Shown in pieces: positions 37,055 through 41,010 of a stretch of DNA of 41,010 bases. The stretch's first letter is position 1. Each line of letters starts with the position of its first letter. The stretch comes from a virus (Duplodnaviria > Caudoviricetes), in IMG/VR virus record IMGVR_UViG_3300017910_000924, positions 1 through 41,010 of that record; one strand, 5' to 3'. Made by a program: the position numbers and the translations under genes. The notes beneath the pieces were generated by a model. That model had not been told where the DNA came from, did no database searches, and saw only the letters and a program-made list of their open reading frames with translations.

Positions 37055-37714
37055 ATGAAACTGATTAGCGAATACGTAGAAAACGACATCGAGTGCATCG
37101 TTGAAGCCAAAGAGAATGGCGAGAAAAACTATGTGATTGAAGGTGTATTCGCGCAAGCAGACAAAAAGAATCGCAATGGGCGTGTATACCCTAAACCAAT
37201 TATGGAGAAGGCTGTAAATACGTACGTTGAAACACAGGTTAGCAAAAAACGCGCTGTCGGTGAGTTGAATCACCCAGAGGGTCCAACTGTTAACCTTGAT
37301 AAAGTTTCCCACCTTATTACTGACTTAAAACTTGAAGGCAATGATGTGGTTGGAAAGGCACAAATTTTGGATACCCCAATGGGTAAGATTGTGAAAGGTC
37401 TCTTAGAGGGCGGTGTTCAATTAGGTGTGTCAACTCGTGGAATGGGAAGTCTTGAGAGTAGAAATGGCGTAATGTACGTCAAAGAAGACTTTATTCTTAA
37501 TACGGTAGATATCGTACAAGATCCAAGTGCACCGGATGCTTTCGTTAATGGGATTATGGAAGGTGTTGATTGGGTCTGGAATAATGGTATTCTGGAACCT
37601 CAAGTCATTGAAGATATAGAGACTGAAATTAAGCAAGCACCTATCGCACATCAACCTGAAGTGCAGATTCGTGAGTTCAAGAATTTCCTCTCGTTAATCA
37701 AATCTAAACTATAA
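37055..37714 (+). CDS. gp21: Prohead protease gp21
   Basis: IEGVF.QA...NRNGR.YP; GELNHP; GVS.RG.GS; D.V.DPSAPDAFV. Confidence 0.96.
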   Translation: MKLISEYVENDIECIVEAKENGEKNYVIEGVFAQADKKNRNGRVYPKPIMEKAVNTYVETQVSKKRAVGELNHPEGPTVNLDKVSHLITDLKLEGNDVVGKAQILDTPMGKIVKGLLEGGVQLGVSTRGMGSLESRNGVMYVKEDFILNTVDIVQDPSAPDAFVNGIMEGVDWVWNNGILEPQVIEDIETEIKQAPIAHQPEVQIREFKNFLSLIKSKL

Positions 37715-37723
37715 GGAGTCACT

Positions 37724-38764
37724 ATGACTGATTTAAATCAAGTAGAAAGTGAAATCCGCGATCTAGATGTTGAAACAAACGAAGTCGTGGAGGAAACTCT
37801 CGAAGAAGCAAAAGCTCCTGTTGCTAAGGGCGATGCAAAGGTAAGTCAACCAGTTGATGAGCCAGAGTCAATCGCTACTGTAGACAAGGCGGCAAAGAGC
37901 ACTTCAAAGACTGCCCCACCTAAAACAAAGGCAGGCATGGTTAACGCTATGTACAAAGCTGCTTCTAAGATGAAGAAAGCAGAATTGACTGACGCATTTA
38001 ACAAGATGTTCGAAGGAACAGATCTTGTTGATGATCTTGAAGCTGCTGATACAAACGCAGAACTAGCTGCAATTGTTGAAGGCGAAGCAACACTATCAGA
38101 AGAGTTCAAGGAGAAGACTTCGGTCATCTTCGAGGCTGCGGTTAAGTCTAAGCTTTCTGAAGAAGTATCTCGCCTAGAAGAGCAGTATGCTGAAGAGCTT
38201 GCTGAAGAAGTCGAGTCGATCAAAACTGACCTAGTTGGTAAGGTTGATTCATATCTTAACTATGTAGTTGAATCTTGGATGGAAGAAAACAAGTTAGCGA
38301 TCCAGAACGGTCTTCGTACTGAAATCGCTGAGAACTTCATGAACGGAATGCGTGACCTATTCGTAGAGTCTTACGTTGAAGTTCCAGAGTCCAAGGTAGA
38401 CCTAGTTGATGAACTAGCAGAACAAGTAAATGAGTTAGAAGAAAAGCTAAACTCAACTACTGGTGATGCAATCTCACTTGCTGAGGAACTAGAAACTTAC
38501 AAGCGTAACACAATTATCGCTGAAGCTTCTCGTGACCTAGCAGACACTCAAGCTGAGAAGCTACGTGAACTTGTAGAGACTGTTGACTTCGAGAACGAAG
38601 AGTCGTTCGCTAAGAAGATTAATACTGTCAAGGAATCATACTTCTCGAAAGAAATTCCAGAGCAGATTGAAGAGTCAGTTTCAGAAGAAGCTGAAGAAGA
38701 AGTAGAAGTATCATCATCGATGAATAACTACTTGAGTGCTCTACGTAAAACCTCTAAGAAATAA
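37724..38764 (+). CDS. gp22: Prohead core scaffold gp22
   Basis: LSEEFK.K...IFEAAV; VD.YL.YVVE.W..EN; synteny. Confidence 0.93.
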   Translation: MTDLNQVESEIRDLDVETNEVVEETLEEAKAPVAKGDAKVSQPVDEPESIATVDKAAKSTSKTAPPKTKAGMVNAMYKAASKMKKAELTDAFNKMFEGTDLVDDLEAADTNAELAAIVEGEATLSEEFKEKTSVIFEAAVKSKLSEEVSRLEEQYAEELAEEVESIKTDLVGKVDSYLNYVVESWMEENKLAIQNGLRTEIAENFMNGMRDLFVESYVEVPESKVDLVDELAEQVNELEEKLNSTTGDAISLAEELETYKRNTIIAEASRDLADTQAEKLRELVETVDFENEESFAKKINTVKESYFSKEIPEQIEESVSEEAEEEVEVSSSMNNYLSALRKTSKK

Positions 38765-38775
38765 GGAATCTAACA

Positions 38776-40086
38776 ATGAACAATTCATTCGATCAATTGA
38801 TTGAGAAGTGGGCACCAGTTCTAAACGAAGAATCTGCTGGTCAAATCACTGATCATCACCGTAAGGCAGTTACTGCTGCTATCCTAGAAAACCAAGAGCG
38901 TGCAATGACTGAAGAGCGTGCTGCAATGGGTGGTTTTCTAACAGAAACTGGTCCAACTAATAGCGTTGCTGGTGGCCAGGTATCAAACTGGGATCCAATC
39001 CTAATCTCACTAGTACGTCGTGCAATGCCAAACCTAATGGCATATGACCTATGTGGTGTCCAGCCAATGTCTGGTCCAACTGGTCTAATCTTCGCGATGA
39101 AGTCAAACTACCAGCCATCTGGTACAGAGGCACTAGGTCTAGACGAAGCAGAAACTGCATTCTCTGGTGACGCTGGTACTCTAGGTCAGGACGTTGACGG
39201 TTCAGGCATGTCTGGATTCGATTCAGCAGGCGGTCGTGTTGTTGACGCAGTCGGTCGTCCAATGTCTACAGAAAAGGCAGAAGGTCTAGGTCGTGATACA
39301 GGCTCTTTCCAAGAGATGGGCTTCACGATCGAGAAGACAGCCGTCACTGCAAAGTCACGTGCACTAAAGGCTGAGTACTCTCTAGAACTAGCGCAGGACT
39401 TGAAGGCAATTCACGGTCTTGACGCTGAGACAGAACTAGCAAACATTCTGTCTACAGAAATCCTAGCAGAGATCAACCGTGAAATCGTACGTTCAATCAA
39501 CTTCCAAGCTAAGTTGGGTGTACAGACTTCTAACGTTGCGCTACCAGGCGTATTCGACCTATCAACAGATGCTGATGGTCGTTGGTCTGCTGAGAAGTTC
39601 AAGGGTCTTGCAATGCAGATCGAACGCGAAGCAAACGTAATTGCAAAAGAAACACGTCGTGGTAAGGGTAACATCATCGTATGTTCATCTGACGTTGCGA
39701 CTGCTCTTGCAGCTTCTGGTCAGCTAGACTACACGCCAGGCGCTGGCATGAACATCGACGACACTGGTAACACATTCGCTGGTACTCTAAACGGTCGTCT
39801 ACGTGTATTCATCGATCCATATGCAACTACCAACTACTGTACAGTAGGTTATAAGGGTACTAACCCATATGACGCAGGTATGTTCTACTGCCCATACGTA
39901 CCACTACAGATGGTCAAGGCAGTTGGCGAGAATGACTTCCAGCCACGTATCGGGTTCAAGACTCGTTATGGCATGGCTGCGAACCCATTCGTAGGCGCTC
40001 TAGATGGTTCTTCACGCGACATCGATGCAACTGCTGGTACTAACCAGTACTACCGCATCTTCCGCGTAGACAACATCCTAGCATAA
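38776..40086 (+). CDS. gp23: Major capsid protein gp23
   Basis: LVRRAMPNL.AYD.CGVQPM.GPTGLIFAM; AKSRALKAEYS.ELAQDLKAIHGLDAE.EL.NILS.EI; FQP.IGFKTRYG. Confidence 0.99.
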   Translation: MNNSFDQLIEKWAPVLNEESAGQITDHHRKAVTAAILENQERAMTEERAAMGGFLTETGPTNSVAGGQVSNWDPILISLVRRAMPNLMAYDLCGVQPMSGPTGLIFAMKSNYQPSGTEALGLDEAETAFSGDAGTLGQDVDGSGMSGFDSAGGRVVDAVGRPMSTEKAEGLGRDTGSFQEMGFTIEKTAVTAKSRALKAEYSLELAQDLKAIHGLDAETELANILSTEILAEINREIVRSINFQAKLGVQTSNVALPGVFDLSTDADGRWSAEKFKGLAMQIEREANVIAKETRRGKGNIIVCSSDVATALAASGQLDYTPGAGMNIDDTGNTFAGTLNGRLRVFIDPYATTNYCTVGYKGTNPYDAGMFYCPYVPLQMVKAVGENDFQPRIGFKTRYGMAANPFVGALDGSSRDIDATAGTNQYYRIFRVDNILA

Positions 40087-40114
40087 TAAAAAGAACTAGT
40101 TCACTAGTCATTTT

Positions 40115-40141
40115 AGGGGAGTCTTCGGGCTCCCTTTTTTT
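40115..40141 (+). terminator. Intrinsic terminator after gp23
   Basis: aggggagtc-ttcg-ggctccctt plus T-run. Confidence 0.9.
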
Positions 40142-40148
40142 ATAAATA
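40141..40148 (+). promoter_or_regulatory. T4-type late promoter for the riboswitch/small-ORF unit
   Basis: Exact TATAAATA 6 nt before aptamer 1. Confidence 0.8.
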
Positions 40149-40154
40149 ATAATC

Positions 40155-40207
40155 CGTTCATCTATATTCACAATATAGACGGAAGTAGTCTTTAGACGAA
40201 GGAACGC
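40155..40207 (+). ncRNA. glnA-motif (glutamine-I) riboswitch aptamer, copy 1
   Basis: CGTTCA-[P2 tctatatt/aatataga]-CGGAAGTA-[P3 gtc/gac]-GAAGGAACGC matches the recalled glnA RNA consensus (P1 cgtt/aacg, E-loop AGUA/GAA). Confidence 0.85.
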
Positions 40208-40212
40208 ATCTT

Positions 40213-40260
40213 CGTTCATCTCGAAAGAGACGGAAGTAGGTGATTTTACCGAAGGAACGC
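40213..40260 (+). ncRNA. glnA-motif (glutamine-I) riboswitch aptamer, copy 2
   Basis: CGTTCA-[P2 tctc-gaaa-gaga]-CGGAAGTA-[P3 ggtg/tacc]-GAAGGAACGC; same core with different but still paired stems. Confidence 0.85.
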
Positions 40261-40287
40261 ATCTAACTTTTAACTAAGGAGGATGTT

Positions 40288-40455
40288 ATGGCTACATACT
40301 ATAGAGGTGTTAAAATTCAAAACAAAGTCGTCGAGAAAAGATCTCCACAATTATCGGGTCTTTATCGCGGCGTGTCTTGGACAAGTAAAGACCTAGAACA
40401 GTCACCTAAAGCTTCAGGTGAAAGAGTTTATCGTGGCGTAAAGTGGACTGTCTAA
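40288..40455 (+). CDS. 55-aa DUF4278-like protein with three YRGV motifs (absent from the ORF track)
   Basis: Strong SD taaggagg; translation MATYYRGVKIQNKVVEKRSPQLSGLYRGVSWTSKDLEQSPKASGERVYRGVKWTV*. Confidence 0.8.
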   Translation: MATYYRGVKIQNKVVEKRSPQLSGLYRGVSWTSKDLEQSPKASGERVYRGVKWTV

Positions 40456-40470
40456 TATAGAAAGGAATGG

Positions 40471-40496
40471 AAGGGACTCAACAGAGTCCCTTTTTT
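40471..40496 (+). terminator. Intrinsic terminator
   Basis: aagggactc-aaca-gagtccctt plus T-run. Confidence 0.9.
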
Positions 40497-40501
40497 ATGC
40501 G

Positions 40502-40509
40502 TATAAATA
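40502..40509 (+). promoter_or_regulatory. T4-type late promoter
   Basis: Exact TATAAATA before gp3. Confidence 0.8.
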
Positions 40510-40530
40510 AAGGGATATAGAGGACTTATC

Positions 40531-40998
40531 ATGAGTTTAACAGACAACAAGAATTTTTTGCAACCAACGGGTTTTCGCGTTGTAATCGAGCGCGATCAGT
40601 ACGCAAATCTTGAGTTCTTTTCCCAGTCGGTCACACACCCAGGCTCTACAGTAAATGCTGTGGAATTAGGTATTCCTAGAATACAAGGGTTGCCTCTGTC
40701 GGGTGACACTATCAACTACGGTGACTTAACGCTAAATTTGATACTTGATGAAGACTTATCCGCGTACAAAGAAATGCAAGCTTGGTTGGAAGAGTGTGTG
40801 TACAAGAAAGGTGAGACCGTAAACCACGACGTGACAGTTATCATTCTGAACAGCCATAACAATTCGTGCGGTAAGATTCGTTACAAGAATGCAATTCCAA
40901 CACAGTTGGGGTCAGTTGAACTTACATCGACTATTGGTGATGTCGCGTACATCTCTTTTGACGTGACATTTAGATTTACTGAGTTTGAATTTATTTAA
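40531..40998 (+). CDS. gp3: Tail completion / tube terminator gp3
   Basis: NFL.P.GF......FF.Q....PG; GD...Y.DL......DED...Y.E...W; F.VTF.F; follows gp23 as in marine T4-like phages. Confidence 0.88.
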   Translation: MSLTDNKNFLQPTGFRVVIERDQYANLEFFSQSVTHPGSTVNAVELGIPRIQGLPLSGDTINYGDLTLNLILDEDLSAYKEMQAWLEECVYKKGETVNHDVTVIILNSHNNSCGKIRYKNAIPTQLGSVELTSTIGDVAYISFDVTFRFTEFEFI

Positions 40999-41010
40999 GG
41001 AGATATTATG

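Noticed and set aside
30991-40086. Inteins, introns or homing endonucleases in gp17, gp20 or gp23
   Set aside because: Lengths are normal, motifs are contiguous, and no such ORFs are present.
40153-40265. Mini-CRISPR or tRNA pair
   Set aside because: The variable parts are short self-paired stems inside a conserved core, with no cloverleaf; the glnA aptamer fits better.
41008-41010. Start of the next gene (ATG after SD aaggag)
   Set aside because: Only one codon is visible, so no product can be assigned.

Overview
A + strand virion morphogenesis region of a T4-like (contractile-tailed) bacteriophage, probably marine. It runs from the 3' end of a DUF4815/VrlC-like structural gene through a tail-tip/fibre cluster, a 3884-aa repeat protein, a small three-gene enzyme operon, further fibre genes and the canonical T4 core block (gp13-14-15-16-17-18-19-20-67-68-21-22-23-3). 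T4 late promoters (TATAAATA) and intrinsic terminators punctuate it. Two things stand out. (1) The 3884-aa protein reads like a giant 'stem-loop written in amino acids'. Two arms of about 975 residues, made of 4-residue words, match in antiparallel register around an 87-aa tip domain, following a pairing code (Arg opposite Gly/Ser/Asp). Six cargo domains bulge out of one arm, five at a fixed motif, and the whole hairpin is inserted into a loop of a small repeated base domain. A glycosyltransferase and a putative Fe/2OG-type oxygenase follow it. (2) After gp23, a late promoter precedes two tandem glnA-type (glutamine) riboswitch aptamers and an unannotated 55-aa YRGV-repeat (DUF4278-like) ORF. 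All calls come from reading the sequence and recalling family motifs; no searches were run.
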